Assembly: GCA_041691135.1 (NCBI GenBank)
Contig: JBEPVF010000002.1
Coordinates: 160,001-224,000, forward strand
DNA length: 64,000 nucleotides
From: Candidatus Peribacteria bacterium
Lineage (GTDB): Bacteria > Patescibacteriota > Gracilibacteria > Peribacterales > Peribacteraceae
Direction of reading: 5' to 3'
A program made the translations under genes and the position numbers. Under the pieces are notes generated by a model. That model did no database searches. It saw only the letters and a program-made list of their open reading frames with translations, and was not told the DNA's origin. This document shows, piece after piece, positions 29,543 to 39,374 of this stretch. Positions within the stretch are counted from its first letter, which is position 1. Every line of letters starts with the position of its first letter.

Positions 29543-30079
29543 ATGCGGCACGGATTCTCCCTGGCGCTGTCGGCGAGCATCATTCTTACACTCGTAGGAT
29601 GCAGCAGTCCGCGCATCGACAATACCGCCGGTTGGCCGACGTTTCAGTCCGATGACTTCGGTTTTAACGTACTGATGCCCGGTACTCCGCAAAAAATATC
29701 CCGGGAAGTGCCGAGCGCCACCCCCGGCGTGACGATTCCCATCTTCGTGTTCACCACCACGGAATCAGGCGGTCCCAACTATGATGTGACGGTGACCGTT
29801 CTGCCGCGCGCGTTCAATACGGTCGACGCGCAGTCGGTACTGGCCAATGCACTCGACGGTCTGAAGCAGGCTTACTCGGGCAGCACCATCACCCAAAAAA
29901 TATTCAGCGCGCACGAAAAGAAGCCGTCGCTCGATTTCGTCTTATCATTGCCCGCTTCCCGCTCGGTGCGCGGCATGATGATCAGCGTCGATCATCAGAT
30001 CTACCAAGTGACCATCACCGGTGACGTCGCGAATAACAATCATGATGCGCTCTTCTTGCAGTCATTCCATCTGCTGTAA
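29543..30079 (+). CDS. Putative lipoprotein
   Basis: Lipobox LVGC after a hydrophobic stretch; W.TF.S...GF.V.MPG.P pattern. Confidence 0.7.
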   Translation: MRHGFSLALSASIILTLVGCSSPRIDNTAGWPTFQSDDFGFNVLMPGTPQKISREVPSATPGVTIPIFVFTTTESGGPNYDVTVTVLPRAFNTVDAQSVLANALDGLKQAYSGSTITQKIFSAHEKKPSLDFVLSLPASRSVRGMMISVDHQIYQVTITGDVANNNHDALFLQSFHLL

Positions 30080-30082
30080 TTC

Positions 30083-30769
30083 TTAGGCAGCATGTGCCAG
30101 TGCCTCAGCTACAGAATGGTGCTGGTGAGAAGCCGTAAACTCAAGGATATCCTCATGTGCATGGTCATCGTGAGCATGCGTATCATGTGAGGCTTCCTCT
30201 GAAATATATCTCTCTTCACCAAGAGCGAAACGGTCACGAACCAAGGGATCGATGTCTGTATCGCTTGGGTCACCCATTCCTTTCTGAGCATGGCCGTTAT
30301 GATAGAATGTTGTTTTTGCTTCATGACTTACGGCGAACCAAAGATCTGTATACTCAGGCGCTGCTGCATGCTCAAGAACATGCATAGCACCATCTCTAAA
30401 AGTATCTACATTCTTACAATTAACGATAAGCGTGTCCCATTTGTCCACATCGCCCAAATTTGAGGGATGATCGCCATGACCTTCACCACCATGATCACTC
30501 TCATTCACAGCATGAACAATGGCATGTTTAATTTCGAGAGCAACTGCTGCCGTCATCACTTCGACCTGAGGAATAACCTCCAAGCGCGTCTCGCCGTAGG
30601 TACGTAACCAGAACTTTCCTGTTTTGAAGGTTTGTGTCGCTTCACTCGTTCCATCGTCGCCATGTCCATGGCCACCTCCTTTGGTAGAACCATTGGCTTC
30701 GCCAGCAGGCTGTTCGATGGAGGCAACTCCTCCAGGGTACGGATCATGATGAAGTTCGGCGGTAGTCAT
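30083..30769 (-). CDS. His-rich hypothetical protein with a possible degenerate STAS core
   Basis: GHGHGDD, DHGGEGHGDH and SHDTHAHDDHAH tracts; LIVNCKNVDTFRDGAMHVL. Confidence 0.6.
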   Translation of the reverse strand: MTTAELHHDPYPGGVASIEQPAGEANGSTKGGGHGHGDDGTSEATQTFKTGKFWLRTYGETRLEVIPQVEVMTAAVALEIKHAIVHAVNESDHGGEGHGDHPSNLGDVDKWDTLIVNCKNVDTFRDGAMHVLEHAAAPEYTDLWFAVSHEAKTTFYHNGHAQKGMGDPSDTDIDPLVRDRFALGEERYISEEASHDTHAHDDHAHEDILEFTASHQHHSVAEALAHAA

Positions 30770-31138
30770 AGTTGGGGATGCATAAAACAGTAAACGGGGC
30801 AAATTAAAGTTCCTCGCGGCTCCTACGTCAAGAGAATTTTTTTGTCAAATTTGTCGATATGGCTGCTTATACATCACTTTAAATCGAATTTGGGCAGTAC
30901 GGGGCCGAGAGGGGCAAAATTTTATAACGAGCCAAAAAGGCGATTTGAGGGTGAAAACCAAAAAAATCTTCTGCGGCAGGCCGTCGGTCGCCGAAAGTGG
31001 AACTGCTCCAGATACTTTTCTCCGTTCATGAAAGATATGTCGTGAAAAAAATTCTTTTTCCGTCCGACATCTGGCAGGATCTACTACTTCAACCGTCTCT
31101 TAATTCACCCTTAAGCTCTTCTCCGACATACTCTCGTC

Positions 31139-31825
31139 ATGATCAATGTATTCAAGAAGATCTGGCCGCTGCTGATCGGACTCACTCTGCTGATCGGCGT
31201 GTCGTACCTGGCGCAAACGCACTACGATCAGATGCGCGCGCTGCTGAATCAGAATGCATCGAGTACCAACATGTTGCTGTACGTGGGCATCGGTATCGCC
31301 ACGGTTATCATTCCGTTCGGCAGTCTCATTCCTTTTATTCCCATTGCCGTCCTGCTCTGGGGATGGCCTACTACAGCCATTCTTACGCTGGTTGCGTGGG
31401 TACTGGGTGCACAATTGCTGTTCGAATTTTCGCGCTTCGTCGGCAAGCCGTTCATGATGAAAATCATTCCGACATCGCAACTCGACACGATCGCAACGCT
31501 CGTGCAGGGTGATGGATTGCTGCATGCGATCTTTATCCGCATGGTCGTCCACGCCGACATCGTCAGTTACGCCTTCGGCATGTTCACCGATATCAACCGC
31601 TGGAAATTTTTGCTCGTCACCATCATAGGCGTAGGACCGGGCGCCGTGTTGTACGCCTACTTCGGCAGTCTGCCGATTGTCTACCAGATAGGAATGGCTC
31701 TCGCCGGCATTATTGCTTTTGCAGTGTACTGGTCGATAGGAGAACGGCGGGAGAGGATCGCGGAGTTGATGCAGTCGCGCTTGGCGCGAAAAAACACCCC
31801 GGCTCGAAGCATGATTCTCCGTTGA
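31139..31825 (+). CDS. TVP38/TMEM64 (VTT/DedA-like) membrane protein
   Basis: GA.L.F..SR..G, IFIRM...DIVSYAFG and FLLVTIIG.GP. Confidence 0.85.
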   Translation: MINVFKKIWPLLIGLTLLIGVSYLAQTHYDQMRALLNQNASSTNMLLYVGIGIATVIIPFGSLIPFIPIAVLLWGWPTTAILTLVAWVLGAQLLFEFSRFVGKPFMMKIIPTSQLDTIATLVQGDGLLHAIFIRMVVHADIVSYAFGMFTDINRWKFLLVTIIGVGPGAVLYAYFGSLPIVYQIGMALAGIIAFAVYWSIGERRERIAELMQSRLARKNTPARSMILR

Positions 31826-31830
31826 TCTTG

Positions 31831-32472
31831 CTACATGACTTTTCCGCTCTGGTCAGCGACGATATCACTCAACGATTTTGTCAGTTCCGCCGTCACGACC
31901 AACCGTTTGTCGTAACTGTGCGCATCGCGGTTCCACAGGCCGTTGCAGGTGATCAGTTGTAATTGCGCGCCGCTCGCCGTGCCGAAAACTTGCCGGAGAG
32001 GAAAGCGCTCTGTCGAATAGGCCTGACTGGCCGTCACCTGAAAATGCATCAACCGGCCGGCCGCATCTTCTATGGAGACGTCATCGCCGGCGACCAATTT
32101 TTTGAGATCCCAAAAAACGCCGCGTGTACCGGCGACCGTATCGAGATGTCCGGCCATTACCGCATTCCCTTTCTCTCCCGGCATCGCACCCGGCGAGAAC
32201 CAGCCGATTTGATCCGCACGCGCCGGTATATCCATGTTCCCTTTGGGCGTGAGTCCAACCGATACGATCAACGCATCGATACGCAGTCGCGGAATGCGCA
32301 GGCGCGCCGGCAACGACACCATCGGCGCGGATGAAGACGTCAGTACGCTTGCTCTGAAAGGAGGAGTCTCGTTCGATGGAAACAGGATGAGCAAATATTC
32401 ACCGACAAGAAAAAGAATCAGCAGAATCAGGACAAACCCGAGCCGCTGCACGACTGACAAGCGGATGGTCAT
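31831..32472 (-). CDS. Class F sortase
   Basis: PGEKGNAVMAGHLD, LQLITC and YDKRLVV (His-Cys-Arg triad); ATGA overlap with the upstream gene. Confidence 0.9.
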   Translation of the reverse strand: MTIRLSVVQRLGFVLILLILFLVGEYLLILFPSNETPPFRASVLTSSSAPMVSLPARLRIPRLRIDALIVSVGLTPKGNMDIPARADQIGWFSPGAMPGEKGNAVMAGHLDTVAGTRGVFWDLKKLVAGDDVSIEDAAGRLMHFQVTASQAYSTERFPLRQVFGTASGAQLQLITCNGLWNRDAHSYDKRLVVTAELTKSLSDIVADQSGKVM

Positions 32473-33992
32473 ACGCGGCGGATCTCCGGCCATACGTACA
32501 CGGACAATGCCAACAGCATGATGAGCGGCAAGGAAGCACCTTGCACCGGCGGCAGTTCGCCTCTGCCCGCTGCCGGCGGACCGTTGGGAATGACTTCTTC
32601 GGCGCGACCGCCACCATATCCGGGCCGGGGAATAGCTACCGAAGGCCCGCCACCTGCGTCTGGCAATCCCGGAACTCCACCTCCACCTCCACCGCCACCA
32701 CCTCCCACACCACCCGTGTCCGGATTACTTCCGCCTCCCGCTCCACCGCCGCCCGTGCCGTTCTCGCTCGAGGATGACCCGGTTGTCCCTCCTCCGCCGC
32801 CGGATGATGACGAAGATCCGCCACTTGTAGCTGATGACGCACTGCTCGCCAGAATGGAACTGCTCTCTGCACCAGCGGCAAATCCCGCCGTACAATTGAT
32901 GAACGAACCGCTGCTCTCGAGCGGCAACGGCGACAAGGTGTTGCCCGCGCCATACCACTGTGTGAGCAATTGCTGCGCCGGTTTGCCCTGCGGTGTGAAC
33001 GCCACATCGCCCGGACCCCCCGCCATCGCACGGCTCTTCCAATCCCACAGATACATACCCTGCATACCCGCTTGCGTGTTCCAGTACGACAAAAGCGCTT
33101 CGTAATCATTCAGTTGTTCGTTGCCGTCGTAGCAACCGCCCAGCGACCAATTGGATGGATCTTTGTGCGCACCGGTGATGCTGCGGTAGCCGACTTCGGT
33201 AAAGATCACTGGCTTGCCGTACTGCAGTCCCAGCGGCTGTACCTCGGAATGGTTCCATGCATCCCATTCCTGTTTCATCTGATCAATCGTCACCGTGCCC
33301 GACTGCGACAACGGGTGATACGCCGACAAGCCGATCATATCGAGATCACTCCAAAAACCGATGTCCTTCTTTTCGTCGATGAGTCCGAGACCGCCGTGAT
33401 TGGCGCTGTAGGTGAGTTTGCCCGGGAACACATTGCGCAGATCAGTGATCAGATCTTTCCAATGTTGTGTGTTTGACGCGTTGATCTCCGGCGATGTCAG
33501 CTTGATCATTTCGGTGCCGATGCACAGTGCCTCCACCTGATTTTGGGCACCAAGGAATGCGTAGTGACGCAACACCGCACCGTAGTTCGCAAACCACTCG
33601 TCCCGATTGGTCGGATCAATATTCGCGCGCCAGCCGTGATCCTTCGTTTCGACATGCACGTTGAGCATGACGGCGAGGCCGCGGCTATGCGCCGCCTCGA
33701 TGCCAGCGATCAGTGAGTCGTCGGTGGGCGTATTCCAGCCGGGTGCCAGATCGGTGGAAGAGACATCGGATTGGTAGTACGGAATGATGAGGCTCACCGC
33801 GTTGGCGTGCGTGCCGACCAGTTGGTCGAGCGATTGCCGGAATGATTCGGTCCCGAAATCGCCGGACCACGCCGGATTGATGTTGGCGCCTTTCTGCCAA
33901 TCGACAACAGCGGCGGAAGCCACCGGAATACCGGCGGCATAGGAGCTGATAATCACAGACAGGACGATGCGGTACGCGGAGCGAGGAGCCAT
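32469..33992 (-). CDS. GH113-like TIM-barrel glycoside hydrolase with sortase sorting signal
   Basis: IGTE, LTYSAN, IGLSAYHPL and IFTEVGYRS; Gly/Ser linker; LPDAG and PPAAG motifs; terminal hydrophobic helix followed by RR. Confidence 0.8.
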   Translation of the reverse strand: MAPRSAYRIVLSVIISSYAAGIPVASAAVVDWQKGANINPAWSGDFGTESFRQSLDQLVGTHANAVSLIIPYYQSDVSSTDLAPGWNTPTDDSLIAGIEAAHSRGLAVMLNVHVETKDHGWRANIDPTNRDEWFANYGAVLRHYAFLGAQNQVEALCIGTEMIKLTSPEINASNTQHWKDLITDLRNVFPGKLTYSANHGGLGLIDEKKDIGFWSDLDMIGLSAYHPLSQSGTVTIDQMKQEWDAWNHSEVQPLGLQYGKPVIFTEVGYRSITGAHKDPSNWSLGGCYDGNEQLNDYEALLSYWNTQAGMQGMYLWDWKSRAMAGGPGDVAFTPQGKPAQQLLTQWYGAGNTLSPLPLESSGSFINCTAGFAAGAESSSILASSASSATSGGSSSSSGGGGGTTGSSSSENGTGGGGAGGGSNPDTGGVGGGGGGGGGGVPGLPDAGGGPSVAIPRPGYGGGRAEEVIPNGPPAAGRGELPPVQGASLPLIMLLALSVYVWPEIRRV

Positions 33993-34223
33993 ATTGTTCT
34001 AGTAGACAAACAACTGTCCCAAAAATGACATGCGTTAGACACGGTGCAGCCACGTGGAGCAAGAATAGGAAAGGACGCTGCCCCAAAAAGTGCCAGGAGT
34101 AGCCCTAACTGGGTCTTGAACCTTCTTTTTTAAATATATTGACTTAATACATTTTTTATTTTATTTTACTATGCTAGCACGACGCTGGGAAGATGTCCGT
34201 CAGACCCACGAAAGGAGACCGTT

Positions 34224-34469
34224 GTGGGATTCAGAGTCGCTCTTTCTCTGCTGGTTCTGCCTCTGTGCACAGGATGTGCCGCCTGGCAGAAGTCCGTGAG
34301 CATCGGATTGGAAGTGAAGATGCCCTTGGACATAGACCCCCACGCCAAACGCGGTGGCGATACGGTGGCGAAGATCGAACTTCGCTTCACAAAAGAACCG
34401 CCCAAGAAGTCGCTTCCAGCAGGTGTGCCACCCGCCAAAATGGCGATCAAAAGCGACCTCCTTCTCTGA
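34224..34469 (+). CDS. Small putative lipoprotein
   Basis: Hydrophobic N-terminus ending CTGC; AAGGAG 6 nt before the GTG. Confidence 0.45.
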   Translation: MGFRVALSLLVLPLCTGCAAWQKSVSIGLEVKMPLDIDPHAKRGGDTVAKIELRFTKEPPKKSLPAGVPPAKMAIKSDLLL

Positions 34470-34577
34470 GAGACATCACGGCCACCTCACAGTGGCCTTG
34501 TTTTAGATTACCACTCATCTGAATCCCTTTCGCGTATCCCTCTTTCCCAAAGCCCCGATCGGGGTACCATGTGCCGC

Positions 34578-35465
34578 ATGGCTTCCCGGCTCATTCCGCT
34601 GATCACACTCGTTGGAACGCTTTTGCTGACTGCGTGCACAGGTCGAGAGCAAGCATCGTTGTTGTCTGCACGCACCACGAGCGCCGTCCATTCTTCTTCG
34701 TCCGCATCATCACAGAAAAAAAATGTATCGCCATCGGCCGCTTTTTATCTGGGCATGTTCCCGGCATCGGAATCTTCGAGCGCACCCGTCAAACCAAAAG
34801 GACTTCGCATTCCCATCCTTGTCTACCATCATCTGCGCGAGAACGAAGGCTGGGCACCCACCACCTGGAGCGCGAAGATGTCAGTATCACCGGGCGGCTT
34901 CGCAAGACAGATGCAGTGGCTGGTCGATCATCACTACACGACGATTGATTTGAACGCACTGACGGCGATCCTGAAGGGCGAACAAGCCGGCCCGGCCAAA
35001 CCGATCGTCATCACATTTGATGATAACAATCTGACACCGTACGACATAGGCTTGCCGATCCTGGAACAGCACGGACAGATCGCCGTTTTTTATCTGGTCA
35101 CCGAGCGGCTCGACAATCCGAATTTCATCACGCGCGACAAAGCGAAAGATCTGGCGGCACGCGGCATGGACGTGGAATCGCACACCGTGACGCACGCCAC
35201 GCTCACCACTCTGTCGGCTGCGAAACTGGATTGGGAACTGCAGGAGAGCAAACGCGTGCTGGAAGAGCTCATCGGCAAACCCGTGCTGCATATCGCTTAC
35301 CCGTCGACGGCACACAACAAAACGGTCCGCGACCACGCCGCAAAAGCCGGTTACATCACCGGCACGATCATGGATCCGCGGCCGGTGACGGAAAAAGACG
35401 ACCTGATGAAACTGCCGAGGATCATGATGTTGGACACGACGGATTTGGCGAAGGTACTCCCCTGA
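34578..35465 (+). CDS. Polysaccharide deacetylase (NodB/CE4) lipoprotein
   Basis: LTAC lipobox, IPILVYHH, ITFDD, ESHTVTH and AYP. Confidence 0.9.
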   Translation: MASRLIPLITLVGTLLLTACTGREQASLLSARTTSAVHSSSSASSQKKNVSPSAAFYLGMFPASESSSAPVKPKGLRIPILVYHHLRENEGWAPTTWSAKMSVSPGGFARQMQWLVDHHYTTIDLNALTAILKGEQAGPAKPIVITFDDNNLTPYDIGLPILEQHGQIAVFYLVTERLDNPNFITRDKAKDLAARGMDVESHTVTHATLTTLSAAKLDWELQESKRVLEELIGKPVLHIAYPSTAHNKTVRDHAAKAGYITGTIMDPRPVTEKDDLMKLPRIMMLDTTDLAKVLP

Positions 35466-35469
35466 GAAT

Positions 35470-35594
35470 GAAGCCAAGGGAACCGAGACAACCGACGATC
35501 TTTCAAAAAGATGCGTTGAGAAAGCAATCACTCCACGGCGTAAGAAACCGAATATATTCCTCGGTTTCTTCGGTTTCATCGCTTCCTTCGGTTC
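35470..35594. repeat. Inverted pair of degenerate 9-mer arrays
   Basis: Left arm GAAGCCAAG GGAACCGAG ACAACCGAC; right arm TTCCTCGGT TTCTTCGGT TTCATCGCT TCCTTCGGT. Confidence 0.6.
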
Positions 35595-35732
35595 GCTCCC
35601 CGTACGATTCACGACGAAATGCTCCCTACGGGTATGGATTTACGCCCGATCTCCGGTACATTCCCCACGTACTCGCACGAGCCGGGTAGTTGATACCCGC
35701 TCTCTCCTTTATCTCTTTCCATTTCTTCTGCT

Positions 35733-36563
35733 ATGGCTGTGCGCAAATCGGTTCAAACGGAGCAGGGGCCAATGCCTCCGCCTCCGCCACCTCGTCCATC
35801 GTTTTCTCCACCTCCGCCACCCCCACCACCTATGACCGTCTCTTCGAACAATGACAAATGGTTCGCCATCTCGATGGGTCTGCTCGGCGTCATCATCGGA
35901 TACAGCCTGAACAGTTTCATGCATGGCGGAACTTTGGTTGCACCAACCGAGCAGGTCGCACAGGCGCCGACCGCTCCCTCCGTTCCGCCACCACCGGCGG
36001 CGGCGACCGGTACGCCTCCTCAGACGGGTATCGGGCCCACGCTTGGACAGAAGAACGCGACCATCACGCTCGTCGAATTCACCGATTTCCAGTGCCCGTA
36101 CTGCGGCCGCCATTTCACCGATACATTCGGCAAAATCAAGGCTGATTATGTCGACACCGGTAAGATCAAATACGAACTGCGCAACTTCCCGCTGACGCAG
36201 ATTCACCCGAATGCGATGATCGGCGCCGAAGCGGCGATGTGCGCCAATGCTCAGGGAAAGTTCTGGCAAATGCACGACACGCTGTTCACGAATCAGGGAA
36301 CATGGAGCAATGAATCCGATCCGACTGCCACGCTCAAAAAGTACGCCGCGGACATCGGTCTGAATGCCACCAAATTCGCCAGCTGCTTGAAGAATCACGA
36401 TATGGCATCTGTCATTCAGAAAGATCAAGCTGACGGTTCGGCTGCCGGTATCGATGGCACACCGGGCTTCTGGATCATCGGACCCAACGGCAAGACACAG
36501 CAAATCAGCGGCGCCTATCCGTTCGACACCTTCAAGACAGCCTTCGACGGAATGCTTCAATAA
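35733..36563 (+). CDS. DsbA family thiol-disulfide oxidoreductase
   Basis: EFTDFQCPYC, GIDGTPGF and ISGAYPF; TM anchor; poly-Pro N-terminus. Confidence 0.92.
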   Translation: MAVRKSVQTEQGPMPPPPPPRPSFSPPPPPPPPMTVSSNNDKWFAISMGLLGVIIGYSLNSFMHGGTLVAPTEQVAQAPTAPSVPPPPAAATGTPPQTGIGPTLGQKNATITLVEFTDFQCPYCGRHFTDTFGKIKADYVDTGKIKYELRNFPLTQIHPNAMIGAEAAMCANAQGKFWQMHDTLFTNQGTWSNESDPTATLKKYAADIGLNATKFASCLKNHDMASVIQKDQADGSAAGIDGTPGFWIIGPNGKTQQISGAYPFDTFKTAFDGMLQ

Positions 36564-36581
36564 GAAATTGCACATATAGTA

Positions 36582-36612
36582 AAAAACTGCCCCACGTAAT
36601 GGGGCAGTTTTT
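36582..36612. terminator. Bidirectional intrinsic terminator
   Basis: AAAAACTGCCCCA-cgtaa-TGGGGCAGTTTTT. Confidence 0.85.
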
Positions 36613-36631
36613 GTATGGTCCTCGGTTTTCT

Positions 36632-36892
36632 CTAATACCGGCTCAATGAACTTTTCCAAATTTCGGCATCCGTTTTCGGTTCCGCAATGCCGTCTTTCTG
36701 GAAGTATTTCTTTACGAAAGCATTTGCTTCTTCCTGGGTATCAAATGCCTTCTTCCACTGCTTCACGTCGACTTTCTTCCGGCCTTTGTAAATAATGGCG
36801 CCCGGAATAAACTTGCCGGTTCCGACAACACGACAGGTATCAATGATGTACGCATCGTATTCACGGTCGACTTGTTGAAGAGTTTGCTGCAT
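36632..36892 (-). CDS. Small hypothetical protein
   Basis: 86-aa ORF with pyrimidine leader, ending at the shared terminator. Confidence 0.6.
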   Translation of the reverse strand: MQQTLQQVDREYDAYIIDTCRVVGTGKFIPGAIIYKGRKKVDVKQWKKAFDTQEEANAFVKKYFQKDGIAEPKTDAEIWKSSLSRY

Positions 36893-36932
36893 GCGGGGTG
36901 ATGGGAAAAAATACAAATGCTCTTGCTCCGGA

Positions 36933-37022
36933 TCAGTGCAAAATATGAAGAATCAAATACAGAACAGCCCATCCGCCACCGAACAGCACGGCAATAGCGG
37001 AGAATTTGAGAAATGTCTCCAT
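36933..37022 (-). CDS. 29-aa single-TM microprotein (not in the ORF track)
   Basis: METFLKFSAIAVLFGGGWAVLYLILHILH*, preceded by TTTCCCTTATCCTTTCCTTTCTATCGT. Confidence 0.5.
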   Translation of the reverse strand: METFLKFSAIAVLFGGGWAVLYLILHILH

Positions 37023-37248
37023 ACGATAGAAAGGAAAGGATAAGGGAAATCCACGTGCTTATGCACTGTTAACTATGACGCAACAGGAGGGGCGAACTTA
37101 CCTGATGTCGACTTGCGTACGGAGTGAATTTCCATAAAGAGAAGCGCACTTTTCGCTTGAGTTACTTGTATCTTTACATGAGTCAGGTAGCGTGAAGTAA
37201 GATTTTTTGCCGAGCCACGTCGGCTAACATCACATTCCTTTCACTTGC

Positions 37249-37431
37249 ATGCGCCTTACGACCCGCGTTCTCCATACCATCGGCACCCTCTCGTTGCGAC
37301 GCCAGATCGACCAGACGTTGAAGCGCGCCAAAGTCGCACTCGCCGTGTTTATCGCCGTGTGCGTCATTGCATTTCTTTCGCTGATCGTGATCGCATCGTA
37401 CTTTTTAATACACTTGATACAGGGCCGATGA
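37249..37431 (+). CDS. 60-aa single-TM protein
   Basis: Basic N-terminus then a long hydrophobic helix; pyrimidine leader; downstream terminator. Confidence 0.55.
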   Translation: MRLTTRVLHTIGTLSLRRQIDQTLKRAKVALAVFIAVCVIAFLSLIVIASYFLIHLIQGR

Positions 37432-37486
37432 GCGGTCAGCCTTCGACACGTTAACACTGACAGTGATTCCAGCAACTGATCACTAC

Positions 37487-37526
37487 AAAACCGCCCTCCC
37501 CTTTCGGTTCGGGCGGTTTCATTTTT
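37487..37526. terminator. Probable bidirectional terminator
   Basis: AAAACCGCCC...GGGCGGTTT between convergent genes. Confidence 0.6.
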
Positions 37527-37533
37527 GGGGTCA

Positions 37534-39246
37534 CTAGGGGGCCGCCGTCTCATCTACCAAACAGTCGACGTTCAAACTGATCGCCGCCTGCGCTGCGCCT
37601 TTGGTATTGGCGCCGACGGCCGAGGCCAAGAAGTGCGTGCCGGTAGTGGGTGCATGGAATGATCCGGTGAAGTTACCGTTCGCATCGGCGGTCGCACTGC
37701 CGACTTTCACGCCGTCGACTTTTAGATCGATCGCCTCGTTCGGGCCATAGCCCGTGCCGACGAGCGACATTGTCTTGCCCGGCACCACGTACCACGTGGA
37801 AGGCGTGACACTGGGGAAGAAGCCGCCGGTCGCGATTGAAACGTTCGCCGAACCGTGGCTTGTCTCGCCAATCAGGAAGTACGTCACGTTCCCCGTAGCA
37901 TCCCACGGAATGGTGATCGAATGGGTAAGTGTCGTCACGTTGCCATCCACATCGGCCTGCGCCGTGGTAATGACTGCATTTGTTGCATCTTCCAATCTGA
38001 CTGTTTCACCCGGATAGAACCCTGTGCCACTCACGCCGTTCGTATCGCCGGGCAACGAAAAGTATGCCGTGGGCGTAGCGCCCGGATACAGCTGTCCGAT
38101 GGATACATCGAATGATGCCGACCCGTTGCTGCTCTCGCCGATGAACGTGAATGTTTTGGCGGCGGCACCGAACCCGAGCGTGATTGCATCGGGTGCCGAG
38201 AAGTCACCGGTACCGTTGGCCGTAAAGGACGAGAGCTTTGTCGTGCCATCCATCAAATCGATCGTTTCGCCGGGCGCATACCCTCCGCCAGTTGCGCCTA
38301 TTTTCTGTCCCGGCGTGCCGTAGTACGCCGATGGGCTGACATGCGGGAACAATGTTCCCACTTGCACATCCACCGATGCCGATGCACCGCTCGTAGCTCC
38401 TTCGGCAGAAATCGTGACGCTCGTGCTGCCGAAGCCGACATGAATCGAATCAGGTGCCGCAAAGTCGCCCAGGCCGTCGGCCGGGAATGTTCCGACCACC
38501 GTTGTCCCAACTTTCACCATTACATCTTCGCCGGGAGAATATCCTCCACCGATCACGCCGATCGTTTGACCGGGATCGGCATAGTAACTGGACGGCGATA
38601 CATGTGCGTAGAAACCGCCGACTGCAATTTCGAACGACGCCATTGCCCCGCTGTTCTGCCCCGCCACCGTCACTTTCATTTTCTTATTGGCGTCACCATT
38701 GGGCACTGTGAGTGCATTGGCTTTGCTGAACGTTCCACCCGCATCTGCCACGGCCGTTGCCGCTACAGTCGTACTGTCATCCACAAACATGTTCACCGTC
38801 TCGCCTGCCTGGAAGTTTTCGCCGTTCACGCCAAGAGATCCGCCCGGCGGCAACCACCAGTCGAATGGCGAGGCGTTAGCCCACACGCCTTCGATATAGA
38901 AACTGCCGTTCGCCGTTCCGCCCGACGGAGCGGTGGCTGTGATGGAATACGAACCGGCCGGTCGTACCGGTACAACGAAATCAAGCGCCGAAAAAGACCC
39001 TTCGTCGTTGGTCGTTGCCGTCTGTGTCGCCCCCTGAAAAGACACCGTCACCGTTTCATTAGCGGCGAATCCATCGCCACCGATCGTCAGATGCGAACCG
39101 GGAGGACCGGAATACGCACTTAAGTGCAGCCACTGCCCGTCGGCAAACGCATGAAAGACCGGCAGTACCATCGCCGCGATCGTCAAAGCGGCCAGGGCCG
39201 CCATCCTCCGCGGTTGATACCGCGTAAAACCCAGTAAAGTTTCCAT
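37534..39246 (-). CDS. Secreted protein with about six tandem Ig-like repeats
   Basis: Signal peptide; repeated P..y..PG....v.G.g[FY].pgEtv...Ad..G.F units of about 85-90 aa. Confidence 0.8.
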   Translation of the reverse strand: METLLGFTRYQPRRMAALAALTIAAMVLPVFHAFADGQWLHLSAYSGPPGSHLTIGGDGFAANETVTVSFQGATQTATTNDEGSFSALDFVVPVRPAGSYSITATAPSGGTANGSFYIEGVWANASPFDWWLPPGGSLGVNGENFQAGETVNMFVDDSTTVAATAVADAGGTFSKANALTVPNGDANKKMKVTVAGQNSGAMASFEIAVGGFYAHVSPSSYYADPGQTIGVIGGGYSPGEDVMVKVGTTVVGTFPADGLGDFAAPDSIHVGFGSTSVTISAEGATSGASASVDVQVGTLFPHVSPSAYYGTPGQKIGATGGGYAPGETIDLMDGTTKLSSFTANGTGDFSAPDAITLGFGAAAKTFTFIGESSNGSASFDVSIGQLYPGATPTAYFSLPGDTNGVSGTGFYPGETVRLEDATNAVITTAQADVDGNVTTLTHSITIPWDATGNVTYFLIGETSHGSANVSIATGGFFPSVTPSTWYVVPGKTMSLVGTGYGPNEAIDLKVDGVKVGSATADANGNFTGSFHAPTTGTHFLASAVGANTKGAAQAAISLNVDCLVDETAAP

Positions 39247-39374
39247 AAGGTGTGAGAGAAGAAGAGATCTGAATGGAAATCGAGACGACAACCGCAAGCG
39301 GCTATTACAAAATTTCTCCGGCAAATAAAATTTTCACTCTTCTTCCGATGAGCGGAGGAAACTCAGACCGTATT

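Noticed and set aside
35709-36659. 316-aa minus-strand ORF; similar shadows at 48466-49290, 50039-50773, 38341-39123 and 34887-35612
   Set aside because: All lie antisense to well-supported genes (dsbA, capA-like, typA, Ig-repeat, deacetylase), as expected from codon bias.
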